A DNA stretch of 64,000 bases. Source: Tubulanus polymorphus. Its lineage: Eukaryota > Animalia > Nemertea. Made by a program: the position numbers and the translations under genes. The notes under the pieces are model-generated. The model made no database searches. It was not told the origin of the DNA and worked only from the letters and a program-made list of their open reading frames with translations. The number at the start of each line of letters is the position of its first letter. The stretch's first letter is position 1. The stretch is from the NCBI RefSeq assembly GCF_964204645.1, contig NC_134028.1, positions 24,796,345-24,860,344 on the forward strand, given 5' to 3'. Of this stretch, positions 26,301 to 40,255 are shown one piece after another.

Positions 26301-29300
26301 CAGGTGTATGGTTTGAACTTTCTATTTTGAAGTTGTATGAAGCGATTCTAGAAGAGAAAGGCAAGGATTTCGTCTACATGAGATTATCGGCTCAGTGCGT
26401 TAAAGATCTAGATCTTCAAACTGATACGAGCGTGTACGTTCAGGTAAGAATACTGTAGTGCTATCTATCTTATACCGCAGGAGCACGAACTGAAGGTTTT
26501 AACAAATCTCTCAACTTCAATGTGAAAACAGGTCATACTGTCGAGCTTCGCCGATTCTATTTGAAATTACATGTTTTCGTACTACAGCGTAGGTTGACTG
26601 ATTTTATTTGAAATTACAAGCTTTCGATACTAATGCGAAGTAGCTTCATCAGTTACGGTACATGATAAATTACCTTCAGCTTAATCATTCTGATGAAGCT
26701 AAAGCTTGTAATTAACCTACACACAGTAATACCTGTATTCTCATTTCATTTGATTACGATGTAGCCTGATAACACAAATATCTATTTTCATTGTTAGATT
26801 CAGTTCCAGTTGAACCGATTGCCGTTGTGCGAGATGCATTTAGCTATCGACAATTTGCCGGATACGTCGATGATATTCCCCGATCTTTCTAAAATGATCA
26901 AGATACCGTGGAATCCACAGAAGTAAGAATCGAGAGAGTTGTTAAATGATTGTCTCAACCCACTGAGCACCACTCAGGGTATTATCAGCACCTTCGAAGT
27001 TTCTTTTTCGCATATAAGGGAAGAGAAGCTCTGTCACCTCCAGAATTCAATCCTATGAATCCTGGATTGTTGAGAAGTTTCACAAGCTCATGAACTGCAC
27101 CTACTGAAGTTTAAAAACTAAAAAACCACGTCAAAGTCAATTACCTTAAATTTAAGCTTAATCGAATGAATTGTATATGGTTGATCCCATTGTTTTCAGA
27201 CAATGGCATGAAAAATTTGACAAGAAATTGAACGCCAAACAACGCGAAGCAGTCGTCGCCATAACGACGAGTTTAACGCACCGATTACCGCCGATATTGT
27301 TGACCGGTCCGTACGGAACGGGGAAGACATTCGCTCTCGCTCAGGCTTCTCGTGAACTCATCAAACAGTCGAATACTCGTATTCTCATCTGTACACATTC
27401 AAACAGGTCAGTTTTAACTGGGAGAATTATGGACCCAGTTCTGCACCAGGTTTAACCCTTTCAGTGCTGACTAATTAATATCCTATAGTGCTTGAGATAA
27501 TTTGAAAATTTTGAAAAATTCCACCCTAGTGTGTTGAATGATGGGAATACCACTATAGTGTGTCTACACTGTGGCGCGGTGTATCGTTAGTTACTAATAT
27601 TTCACTATGTTTGACAGGTGCTGCCATCTTTCAATAGCGATAGAAATTAATTACACCAATACACCGCAATGCGGTGTACTAGCAAAATCCATCACCGATT
27701 TATACACCGCATTGTGGTGTAGATGCACTGAAAGGGTTAAAAGGACCGGAAAAAATCAGGGAAAACTCGGGGGATTTGTAAATGGGCGGAAATTCGCCAC
27801 CCCGTTTAAAGGGTCATAATTATTAATTGATGTTTACTACTTATTTAGCGCTGCTGATCTATACATAAAGGATTACCTACACGGGTACGTTACTGACGGA
27901 TTACTGGAAGCGAAACCGCTACGCGTCATGTACGAGGGTCGTTGGATTCAGACGGTCAGCCCGACAATACTCGAATACTGTATGCTTGATGCGAAATCTC
28001 ATAACACTCAGTTCCGCTGCCCGACTAGACAGGATTTAGAAGAACATCGTATAATCGTTACGACGTTGAGTTCATCTAGAATGCTGTACAATATCGGACT
28101 CGAGAAAGGTATCTAACGCAAACCTATGATCCGGTTCAACTTTCTAAATTGAGTCCGTTCCAATTTAGAACTGACCCGGGGCTGTATCGTGATGAGTTTG
28201 GATTTTCCCTTGAATTTTATGACGAGTAATGGATACTACCAAGTGCAATTTTTGAGTGCTAATAGGTTAAAAAACTTTTCATTCATGTGGTTCCCATTTA
28301 AGCAAGGTTTTACTGATCGAATTATTTCGATGTAACAACAACAAAAAAGGCTTAAAAATTAAACGAATGAACATATGTTGTATGAACCTTTTGCGATTTT
28401 ATTTCAGACTTTTTCACGCATATTCTGCTGGATGAGGCAGCTCAAGCAATGGAACTTGAGATGATAATGCCGCTAGCGCTGGCTGGTGAGAACACGCGTA
28501 TTGTTATGGCTGGTGATCACGTTCAGGTCAGTATTTACAACAAACTTCAAGGCACCAGAAAATCTGTTCATTATTACGATATTAATTAGATTATCCCTTA
28601 GTTCTGCTAAACCCAAGCATGGCCATTTACTTGGAAATCAAAGGAAAGTCGGGGAATTTTCTTTTCTTTAGACAAGTGAGGGAATAATCAGGGAATTTTG
28701 TTAAAAAACTCAATCCAGGGAAATTTTTCGAGATTGCCAGACTGCCGAATAATCAAATGGTTTCCGTCTATGTTTTACTTTGTTAATTGATTGGATTCTT
28801 AGCAGATCAAGTCAGGGAAAACAATGTGTATGTCGGGGAATAGTCGGGGAAATAGCAAGTCAAATAAAAGTGGCCACTTAAATTTTACTGATCATTCGCC
28901 CTTCTCTACGTATGCTATTTCAAGCATTATGTACATAGGTAGAAGTGGCCAATTTTGGATCCGAAGACAAGATCTGAAGAGTCATGCTGAAAAGTTTTTG
29001 GGCAATTTCATTTGACGTTAGACAAGGGCATTCTTTTTCTGTATTCAGTGAAAAGATACGCTTGTACACTATACACTACTGAGTATACCTACTTAACAAA
29101 ACCTATGATAATTCATGGATGTTTTGATATATATATATAATATGTTTCCAGATGAGTCCTGAAGTTCACTCAGACTTCGCTCGTCACCACGGTTTACACA
29201 TCTCGCTGTTGGAACGTCTTTACGACATGTTCCCGAAAACAAACGCCTGCAAAATTCTGCTCTGCGAGAACTACCGCTCGCACAAAGCGATCATCGAATT

Positions 29301-32300
29301 CACGTCCGATTTGTTCTACGATAATAAACTGATCACGAGCGGCTCGCAGCCGCGACACGAGGTGTTCTATCCTCTGTCGTTTTTCACCGCTCGCGGGGAG
29401 GACGTTCAACACCAGAACAGCACCGGCTTCTACAACAACGCAGAGGTAATAGATCATCCTTCAAAAAATCTTGCTGATTAGATCGAAATTTAGGATCCAA
29501 ATCCTGATCCAAATACTGCGTAAAACAATGAAGACCAATCTGCAGATTGCTAGTCGATCATTCCTGATTATCAGTATTTCGTTACGATTGTATCACAAGA
29601 AATACTGTTTAAAGTGTACAGAAATATTAAAAATATTACTGAGGGTCCTGAAGAAATTGATTGCTGAGGAATTGTCATTCACATTTGAATGAGATGTCCC
29701 TGAAAAAATTAATACTTGCTACTAATAGCGCTATTCAAAGATTTGTAGCCCTGCTTGTGATTAGTGATTGATTTTGTTTTTGAAGGTTTATGAAATAGCC
29801 GAACGTGTCGCTTACGTGCAGAAAATGTGGCCAAAAACTTGGGGGCCGTTCGATGAAAACAGCATCGGGGTCGTGTCACCATACGCTGACCAGGTTCGCA
29901 ATTATCAATTCATTTTATACTTACCACATATAAAATGATATATTCTCACTGTATGAAATAATGAACAATCCCAATACAATTGATATCTAAAGTTTATTTC
30001 TCTAAAGTTCATCATTCTTGATACGTAAATAATAGTATAATGAACTGTGTATTTCTACAGGTCGTTAGAATTCGTGCTGAATTACGTAAACGAAAACTTG
30101 GTTCGATAAGCGTTGAACGTGTATTCAATGTACAAGGTGAGTCTTCTTATCATTAAACAATGCAGCGGCAACAACATCTCTGGTCTTCTATCAGTTTCAA
30201 ACATCCCCGAGTAGATGTTTGTTTCCGTAGACAAGTCTATAATTCAATGAAAGATAAAATCCACAATTACGAAGAAAAACTAGGAAAGTATTGCTTGGCT
30301 AGCCCGTATTGGTAATAGTCGGGATGATAACGTTTGCTTTTGAAACGCGATGAATTTCTATTGCTGCATTGCACGACGCTCAAGCTTACGAAATGTCTAA
30401 TGCGGTAATAAAATCTAGGTTCTTATCGTAAATGAGTAAAGTTGTCGGCTTTATCGATCAAATCATTTTTACTCATTTCGATCGTGCAATGTTGCGTTGT
30501 TTATGGAATGACTCATTACTTCCTGGATGACAATACAACAGGGTCATACATCTCTTCAATAATGTCATAATTGATGTATAAACAGCCTGAGTATTACAGG
30601 TCATCTGTCGCTTATCTTCAATGTGACAGCAAGCCCATACTGAGGATTTTTCCGAGTTCGTTTTCATCGTGGGATTCGATCGTATTCTACCGTTGCAACC
30701 TGTACACACTGTTTGATTATAGTTATTGTAAATACGTTGTTCTAGAACAAACTGACAGTTGGTGATTTGACAATTTATTTTCTGACATTTTCGAAGTTTT
30801 GACATCAGAGAAACTCAGAAAATGAATTGTTAAATCATCAACCATAGGTATTGTTCATTAACTCTGAAATACTCAGATCTATACGAGTCTCTAGTAGTTA
30901 TTATATATTGTTCTGTGTGTTTCTCTTACAGGTAAACAGTTCCGTGCTATATTTCTGAGTACGGTCAGAACGAGACACACGTGTCGTATTGAAAACACCA
31001 GCGACGAAAACGATTACGGATTCTTATCGAATGTGAAACTATTGAACACGGCGATCACACGGGCTCAGTCGTTAGTAGCGGTAGTCGGCGACCCGGTCTC
31101 GCTGTGTACCATCGGAAAATGCAGGTACATAATATAAAATAGGGGGCTGATTGATGCGAAAAATGGATGTCTGCTTGTAAAAGTGTGAAAAATCATGGAA
31201 AATGAGTGCAAATTTGAGAAAGCGTTTGTCAATATTCATGTATTTTCATATATTTTCATCCATAATGACTTACGTAAATTCAGACTGACCTGGAAAATGT
31301 GTAAAACTAGAAAACACGGAATTTGGACAATGCTCTTGGCCTTACACTACCTTATACAGGGAATTTTGTGTTGTAACATAAAATCTGGTATAACTCAGGG
31401 GATTTGGTGAAAAGTGGCTACCCTGAAATTGTGGACTCATCTGATGAAGACTTAACTGAAGCACAATGAAAATCATTGAATCCGCAATTGTTTTGTTTGC
31501 TATTCTACGTAGGAAAGTTTGGGAGACGTTTATCCAGACTTGCCACAACAATAACAGCCTGTACGGCATCACGTGGAAACAACTTCGATCGCAAATCGAC
31601 GGAATCGAGCTGAAAAAGACGTACGTCCTGAATCCGCTGGCGCCGGAGTTTATTCCGAACCGTCTGCGACACGGCGCGTCGTCGCAACACTATTCGCCGA
31701 TTGCCGCTCGCATGTACGGCAGCCATTCGGTATCGTGCGACCCTACAACGAATAATAATACACCGCAGCAGAATAGAACTCATAATATGCATTACATGCA
31801 ACCGTTTATTCCTCAGGTAGGACTCAAATTATTTCAATTTTTTCAATTCGATAAAGGATCCTACAATGACCATTACTGAAGGGAAAAAAGTTTATGTTCA
31901 GTAAACCTTACCTAACTCTTGAATTAAACAAACGTATGAGTTATGGATTGAGGCAGGTTTGATTGGTCTCCACTGATTCTGTGGTTCTCTTCTGACGCGT
32001 TATTTTTTCCCAGAATATGCTCTACCTATTTTGGAATAGCATCATCTGTAAACCCGATAGAAGTGGCTGATACAGAGTTTGTAATTGTTGAGATTGCTTT
32101 CTTTCTATTTATGAGAACTCAGCCTGGGTCCCGTTCACTGAAAAGTTAAACGAGAATTTCTGGTTTAATTGCTGTTGATGACAACAACAAATCATAGTTA
32201 ACTGTTTAAAGCTCGAAGTTTTTTCATGAAACCGAAACCTGGGTCCAGTTTCATAGAAAGGATTTATTCCTTAAAAGAGTAAAACCTTTTTGTGAAGCTA

Positions 32301-34173
32301 GAACCTGAGTTAAACTCTCATACGTGAAATTGTTTAGGGGTGATGGCAATGTTTATTAAAGTGAGCAATTGAGTATTAATTGAATATTGTTTATTGTAAT
32401 CAGTTTCAGATGTATCCACAACCGGTTGGATTCGGTTATTACGGGATGGCTCCGTGGTTTCCGAGGTTTTCTCCGCTGATGGCTCAATATCCGGGTATGA
32501 ATGCTCGCTGCGGCAGTGGCGGCACTGGTGGCGCTACCGTACGTCCCGGCTTATCAATGCCCCTTGATCCGTTCGGATTCCCGCTCGTCGTACCGTCGTA
32601 CGTGCCGCAACAATTACCGAACCCGGTACCGAGCGATCATTATACAGTCGTGTCGGTCAGTCGTCCCGCAACCGCTGAAACCCCCGAACATCGAAAACGC
32701 GTAAACTCCGGCGGAGGGAATGCTCCGAATTCGAAATCTGCCGTAAAAGCAGTGGCGACGACAAGTTTCCCACCGAGGCCTGTGTGGACGACCGCTCCGA
32801 AATATACCCCACCTTGGATGTGCAATAATAACAGGTTGGCCGCGACGGGAAAAGTGTCCGGTTTCGAGACAAATCACCATCGACCCGAAAGTCAAGACGG
32901 GTCGACGGGGTCTCAATCGGCGACCATGTTGCTCAGTCCGTATTTACAACGTGAATTCTACAGTTACATACAGCAGAAAGACGGACAAAACGAAGCGAAC
33001 AAATTTCTCGATAAGTTACTCGCGACGTCGTACGAGGGTCGGCCATTTGTTCGGAATAACGCAGGAGCCGCCGCTACCGCAGCTGGAGGAGGTCGCGCGA
33101 AAGATCAGAAAAACGCGACCGTTGTTTCGGTGAGTCGACGTCAGCGTACGCGTAGTCAGTCGTCGAGCGCGGCGCCGGCAGACGCCGTAGATTCTATTAA
33201 CGGTTCGATTATCGACTGGAACAAGTTGAACGCCGGTCGTAGCGTGGCATTGGCTAATTCAAATTCGACAAAAACGGTTTCGCAACAACAACAGCAACAG
33301 CAGCAGCAGTGTAAAACTAATGTGAACAGTAGTAGTACGCAGACGGAATCATTGACCGCACCGGCTTACAACAACAACAGCAATAACAACCAATTGAAAA
33401 GGGCGGAAACGTTCAATAAGAACGCCACGGTAAACGTAGGCTCAGTGCTCGAAACTGAACGTCGAGAAAAGGCCGATTTCATCAGCGAATATCTGATGAA
33501 TGATCCGGATGCTCCAATCGCTGTTGATCAAGTCGTACGGTTTCTCGAGGACAGCATCGATAGCGACGATTCAGACGATGCGACCGACACGGCGTCGTCG
33601 TCGTCTTACGCCGGTGTTTTGAGTCGACAGCAGCGCGGCGGTAACGACTTGACGACGGCGTCCGCGCGAGAAATGACGGCGGAAATATTTCCCTTCACCG
33701 AACGCGGCGTCGTTCCGTCGAGTAATCACCGGCGATCGGCGCCCCCTGGTCACGAAAACCAACAATGGCGGAATCTGTCGCGTTTGAGTTTCGTCGGTTC
33801 GAACCGCGGGCCTGAACCGGCGGCGTATTCCGTCGCGAATATATCGGTTACGGCAAATTCCGTACAAAGACCGACGGCGACTACGCCGTTTAGTCAAACT
33901 CAACACCCGATTCACCACCAGAGGGCGATGCCGGTTACAAGCAGCGTTTCGCGTATTCGATCGACGAGCGCGCTGCCGCAACAGCAGACGCGGCAACCGA
34001 CGTCGACGACGATTAACAGCGATTTGTACGGGTTACTGCGGCATCAACTGGTGGCGCCCCCGCAGAACAATACGATTGTTGAATCCGAGATTCAGGATCC
34101 GCTCGAGGTGTTGAAGAATTTGAACATCAAAGCGTCGCCCGGCACGCAGGCGTTTTACCAGTATTTCTCATAG
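20372..34173 (+). CDS. HELZ: Helicase with zinc finger (UPF1-like SF1 RNA helicase), multi-exon
   Basis: TPR-like N-terminus; CCCH finger ([18 protein letters not shown], ~23220); Walker A GPYGTGKT (~27305); ILLDEAAQ (~28420); LCENYRSH; NTAITRAQS (~31045); PAM2 motif [10 protein letters not shown] (~31630); low-complexity last exon ending FYQYFS. Confidence 0.93.
20560..20995 (+). repeat. Intronic minisatellite, 48-bp unit built from ggtcaact/ggtcaaact subrepeats (~8-9 units)
   Basis: Repeats of tacctgggtcaactcatacccggtcaactggtacacaggtcaaactgg just after the HELZ exon-1 donor (GTAAGT at 20546). Confidence 0.92.
23481..23553 (+). repeat. 24-bp tandem repeat x3 in a HELZ intron
   Basis: ccacagttcagactgtacccagtt repeated three times. 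Confidence 0.85.
24157..24565 (+). repeat. 47-bp intronic minisatellite (~8.5 copies)
   Basis: ctaagcttattttggttctatagtcaatctaacaaattaagactggt with period 47 (e.g. starts at 24250 and 24297). Confidence 0.93.
27456..27736. mobile_element. piggyBac-like non-autonomous MITE (281 bp)
   Basis: Terminal inverted repeats CCCTTTCAGTGC ... GCACTGAAAGGG flanked by TTAA on both sides. Partial relatives at ~23060-23193 and ~52770-52905. Confidence 0.8.
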
Positions 34174-37100
34174 ATACAAAATAGAACCATTCGGAAAAAC
34201 TGCGCGCCACTTGCTCAAGAGTTGATCAGTGGACAGTTGACATAGTGATGATTAAAAGTTCATTGTTACAGTAGAACTCGGATGACTAGGGACTGCGCCC
34301 AGATTTCTCTGAATTAACTTAAATCCGAATTATGAATAATAGTTTACGTGGTTCCAGGTTAAATGGACCAAATATTTGATCTGAATTATGTGAAAATCCG
34401 GATTGAAAAAATCTGAATCAAACGAATTCTACTGTACAATGGTATTTATCGGCCTGTTATCTTTAACCAACTTTTGAGCAACTGGCCCCACGTCGTCGGT
34501 TGAACTGTTCAAAAGAAATTCGCAAATTCGATGATTATGAGGTGTACGGTAATCCTTGCCTTGTTCGGACGAACTCAAACCGGCAAAGTTAGTCCCGAGT
34601 TCAGTGATATCAGAATTAAGCAATGTTCAAGTAAAAAGTGAAATCTTGAGGTCAGTGAAGTTCAATTAAGTGAAGTCCAAGTTAAGGATCACTAAAGTAA
34701 GATCAGAGGAAATCAAAAAATGATTTCATTCATGTCTGAGGTTGTAAAAAGATTGTTTGTCACGTTCAAGTTTGGCAAGGTTTGCTGAAGATATTATACA
34801 ACTGTAACTTATTCAAGGATTGGATTGTAGTGATTTCGATTTTGTTTATCGGTAGGTATTTATATTTTGAATATAGTTGTGTAGTTTTCTCATATATTTA
34901 TTACGATTCTTAACCATACATATTGCACGATAAATTACTGAATGACGTCTTAGACATTAAGAAATTCATAGTGTGTAGAAATTTGAAATTGGAACTTAAG
35001 ATAGCGTTACCGTGTGTGCGTAGTATTTGTTGGTTTTTAGAATCGAATCGATTGTGACTAGTGTGAAAAAATCGCAAACTTAATATAGATCTTTTATTAG
35101 TTGTAGAATATATCGAAACTTTGTATCTAGCTGTACTTAGAAATAAGATACTTAGAGGAAACTAGGGACTGTGAATTGACTTTGATATCTAGTTGAACTT
35201 CGGGAGTCTATGTTTGTGTATATGTACAGTACGCGTATTCTGTACAAATCTTATTGCATTAGCACTATATCGGGGCTGCATCTAGGAAAATTGGAAGGCG
35301 AGGTCCAAAAATTGGAGGGAAATCCTTGGATATAGCTGCCATACCGACGGACACGCTCAGTGAATCTTTGTAGTGGTATATCAGAAATTATGAAATTTCG
35401 AATGTCGAATTCATTGGTTTTAATGATATCAGTCTAGATGGATTGGAAAGGGCATCCTCAAGTCCAGACCCGTGACACCACCTCCCGATCCATCCCTGCT
35501 ACATTTAGATATAATTGTCGTAGATTAGACGTCAGTGTTGTTTATTGAAAAGTGTTTTTTTAGACGTATTGTAATCAATCATTCATTACACGTATATAGT
35601 CCTAAGCACACTCGAATTGTATTTTATACTTTTATATCTGTAGTCAGTGGTTTACTAAATCATATATACATACGCGAGTATCTCGAGTCTATCTGGTATT
35701 TATGATGAATTATTTATTCAGTGGATTTGTAAAATTAGGAGGACTGAAAATCGATATAGTCATCAGGCGTAGGCCAGCGGTTTGAGCTTTGTTTTTGGAA
35801 CTTGTTTCAGTTGGTAAAAAAATGAAGTTCACACTCGGGCTGTGCATTTTTTGAAGAGAGCGTTCTTGAATAACAACTTAAGATTTTTGTGTTTTCTTAA
35901 TAGGCCTAGGTATCAATTTTGAAAGTCTGTCTGCTATAGGCGGCTGTGCTCCTTTTGCAGTGGTCCAGACGTATACGTATTTTTTCCAACATCAGTTCTT
36001 ACGCAGTGCAGCGACGCGTAGCTGGCTGTTAATTATCAGTGAACAAAGTAATTTTGAGTTGAAAAACTTTCACGAATGGAAGAAAGATGGAATGAAACTT
36101 CCCTTTAAACACTGCTGATTTACTTCCATTTTAGCCTTCCCCGAACGAATGAACTACTTCACAAACAAAAACTCCTTTTCTTCGTAACATATTTCTGCTT
36201 CCCGATAATCATCATTATTGATATTGTTGATTTTATTTTTCTGCTCCGAAACACGCTTGATATCATATACATTATCCATAAATTATTATCATAATGATTT
36301 CGAGACATTTTTGCAAAGTAAACACGTGTTAAACACTATTCATAGAAAATAGCCTATAGAAAGTACCAGTACCTATAGATCTAGTTTTAGATACAAATGT
36401 TTTTTGTGATGGGCCATACCGATACGTCGCCCCTAAAATGACATCAAAAGTTCCAGGGGCAGGTCCAGGAGCCGCAGATGCCCTTCTTGAAGAAAGGCAG
36501 AAAAAATTCAAAATGACTTTGAAAACTTTTGAAGTGGTTTAATGAGCTTTTTATGCGGGTGGTTTGAAAATGGTACATCTGGTGTACAGATTACCTGTAC
36601 TTTGAATTGGGGTGACTCTAATTCCAGTAGTTAAAGTTCGGCCCCTGAGTTCAGGTCTATTTACTGTGTTCATTATTGTAAACAAGGTTGCTAATGGTTT
36701 TGAACTAAGTAATGTTTGATATCGGTTTGTTGATAAAATTCTGCGGCGCTTCTTTAAGATTTATTGTGTAGAATTTTTTGTTTGTCGTAATTCTGAGGCG
36801 TTGTTTTTGTGTTTGTAGTAATTAGTATTTTCAGGACTTGGTTCCACAGTGCTGGGTTAAATTTGACTCTTAGGTGGTTGAATTAACTCATAGATATGTC
36901 TAACTATGAACTGTGGAATCAAGGCCGGTATATATAAAGTTGTTATTTTGTAATACTTATTCAACAGACATGGTCTGGGTGGTGGGAGGGTGAAAAAGAA
37001 AAGAAAAATATTTCATTGCTGTCTATATGAATGGACCTATGAATGATAAGAAATGCTGTAAAAAAAAACTGTCAAGGTTTTTCAGCTGCTGTTCAACAAA

Positions 37101-40100
37101 AAGTCTTGAAAATAGTGCCTAGAATTGACAGACCTTGCTGAAGGATGATGTGTATAAGCATCATTGAAGTCATTGCTAGACAAGCGGTATATATGTCACA
37201 TCTATGAAATAGGGCCCTAGACTAGAGGGTTGTATGTGATGATAACCTGCTGCTGTTCTGTTGCTGTATCGACTGGGCATAGTAGCGGATAGCTAGATAT
37301 CAATGGTAAAGATGGAAAAAAACCAGAAAAAAATTAATTCAAAAAAATTCAAAAACAATCGGATTTGCGGCAGTGTTGTCCGTCGTTGGCCTTGTTTTTG
37401 TTTTGTCATTCAAGGAACTGTTGTCGTAACTGTGATATTTTACCAGACCATGATCTTATTTCACGATTATATTGTTATATATTATTATTATTAATATCAT
37501 TATTGTTCAAATGATTATTATTAATATGATTATTATTATTATTAATATAATTAATATTATATTAATTATTATTAATATAATTAATTATATAATCTTCTGA
37601 ATGCACCCATTTTTTGTACTTTATTGAATATTCAAAATCATTGTTTACGATTTGTACATTAGTCTATATATATAGTAGTTAGTACTTTGTGTAGTGTACG
37701 TGTATTTACAAACTTAAATGTTTATGTAAAAGTCAGCGAATATTCCATCAGTCGGGTTTCAGTTGCTGAACAGCAAGACTTCCAAAATTTGCCTGTCTAT
37801 AACGTAGAATCTGGATTAAAGACAACTACAGAATGTCTTTTTCGAAACGTAGATATCGTTTTTCCGCTTAAAGAACTAAATTGTGTACAAATAAAAAACT
37901 TATTTATATCCTAGACTGAATCAAGGAATGTGTCATCTCAGAAAGGGACATGGCTTTCAAAAAGGCAGATTAACTGCCTTTTAGATGAAATCTTATGGAA
38001 ACTTAACTTATTGAAGTCTTTCTGCGGCAACTTGGCCTGGCCAATAATATGGTGATTACAATCTGTTTCATAGCAGCCTACAGGACTGTGCACCCCTGTT
38101 ATTTGTTATATTTCTCCATGAGCATAATAGTGACTGAATTATCATACATGTACTGCATTTACGTTTTTTAGGGACCAATAACAAATTTGTCTGTTATATT
38201 AAGATATGCAAAACTAGCGCATTAAAATATGATACTTTGCAGGTTATTTCAAAAAGAATGTTATTTGATGTGCATCTTATTTTAGAATTCTAACATTACG
38301 AATCGTGCTTGCCTTATTAACTAATTATCAGCTAGCCTTATTTACTAGAAATATGCTTTTTGAGCAGACTTTTTGTGGGAACGAAATCCAGCCGATGTCT
38401 CGACTATTTCATGACATAATACTGTAATATATTTCCCAATGGCAGGGGGCCATTTCTTGCACAAAGCTATGAAAACAGTTCGAAAGCCATTTTTTGTCGT
38501 AGTTTGTCAACTGGACTTTGAAACAAAAAGAATTAGTCATTGTTATTATTCCACCTAACGTGAAAACTCCTTCCTCATCGTGCAGCAGTTTACACTTGTA
38601 TTATGATTTGTAATATGCAAAATTAGATTGACCAAAAAAAAAAATTTTATTTATAGTTTTTAAGCCTTACATTGTACGTACAGTCAAACACGTTTTAGTC
38701 AATGTAGTTGGTAGTTAGGGGTGGCGACTTATCGAAATGACGATTTACATTAAGTATGATCGGAAATACATATTGGGATACAAATATAATGGTGATGTGA
38801 CAATTTAGACTTCAAGTTTGACTGTACTGTACAAAGTAAGTAATTTGTTGTTTTCCGCCTAACCCATCTGTGTATTACGAACTAAAGTTTAGATGAAATA
38901 GCTGTTATAAAAGAATGATAGATATTTTTATGTTTAGTTTGATCTGCCGAACTCAAAATACCGGGTGTTTAGCTTATCACGTTACAGCGACGTAATTTTA
39001 TCTTAACAAAATGTATGGAATTCTTATGGAATTATATTGTAGTAGTAGTTTAACTCGGTTAATGGGATAGCTCTTTCAAAAAGGTGATAGCGTATAATAT
39101 AATCACTGAACTGAATGGTTTAGATTTAATTAGGATTTACAACGTCGTAACGAGAGGTTAACGAGAGGTTCGGCTGCTGCTGTTGCTGATTGTTTACCGT
39201 GTTGTTTATCTCGTGGTGTATTGATTGTAATTAATTAATTGTTCGTCGTGTAACGAAGACACCGCAGACTTGTGCATAAACCAGTCTAGATCTCTGGATC
39301 ACGTGATAAGGGTACAGCTGACTACTATCTATAAACAATACGAGTACATCACGAGTATCTACAATAGTTTTGAAATGAAGATACATTAAATGTGTTTTTG
39401 ATTTGAAATGTTGATTTGTGAATACGAGCCATTCAATAATATGCGACATCTACCTGTGTATATAGAATGCTACAGCGAATTCCAGCTAGATTCGCCCAAT
39501 TTTCATCATCTTTAACATCTGATATTCAGCTCGTAGGTATTGTTGTTTTGATTGTTAGTTTGTTGTACTCATACACGCCCGAGATCTGGGTCTCTATAGC
39601 GCTTTAGAAGAACATGTTAATTGCTGTACGAACTGTCGCCCAAGCCTATCTAACAGGGCTATTGTCTGGTCCCTTGTTTTTGATATGGCGGCTGGTGTGC
39701 ACTTCTTCAATAAAATACTATTTCTCGCTACAAATGGAATCTTCTATTGTTATCAGTGTTTTTCTCATTTCTAATGATGGATGTGTGGACATATTTCACA
39801 TTTCTCAAGACTTGACTTATTTTCTGTAGAGGGTATAGCTCAGACGTTCCATTCAAACGCTCGGTAGCATCGGGGCAGCTGTGAATATTTCACTTGAGTT
39901 GAGAAACCTATAGGTAGCAAAGGGACTGCAAATATTTCACCGAAGAAATTCTTATGGTTGGGTCTGATGTCAATGTTTCACTGTTGGTAATTAGGGAAAT
40001 GGAGGATTTTTCAGGTAGATTTTATTTAAGTTCACACAGCCCTGAATAAGGCAGAATCTACTGAATGAAGATTTCAACACGCACATCATTCAGTAGGAGT

Positions 40101-40255
40101 CATCATTTCAATGAAGTATGTATCCTCGGTGAAACTTGTATCCGAATCCAACAAAACAGAATAATAAACGTAAAAAGACTTCATATTTGAAAAAATTCTA
40201 CACTACATTTATTTTACAAATTCGCGGCAACAATTTTCATTCTTATACGAAAACA

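Noticed and set aside
32501-33996. Overlapping ORFs within the HELZ last exon
   Set aside because: By-products of a GC-rich low-complexity coding exon, with no recognisable motifs.
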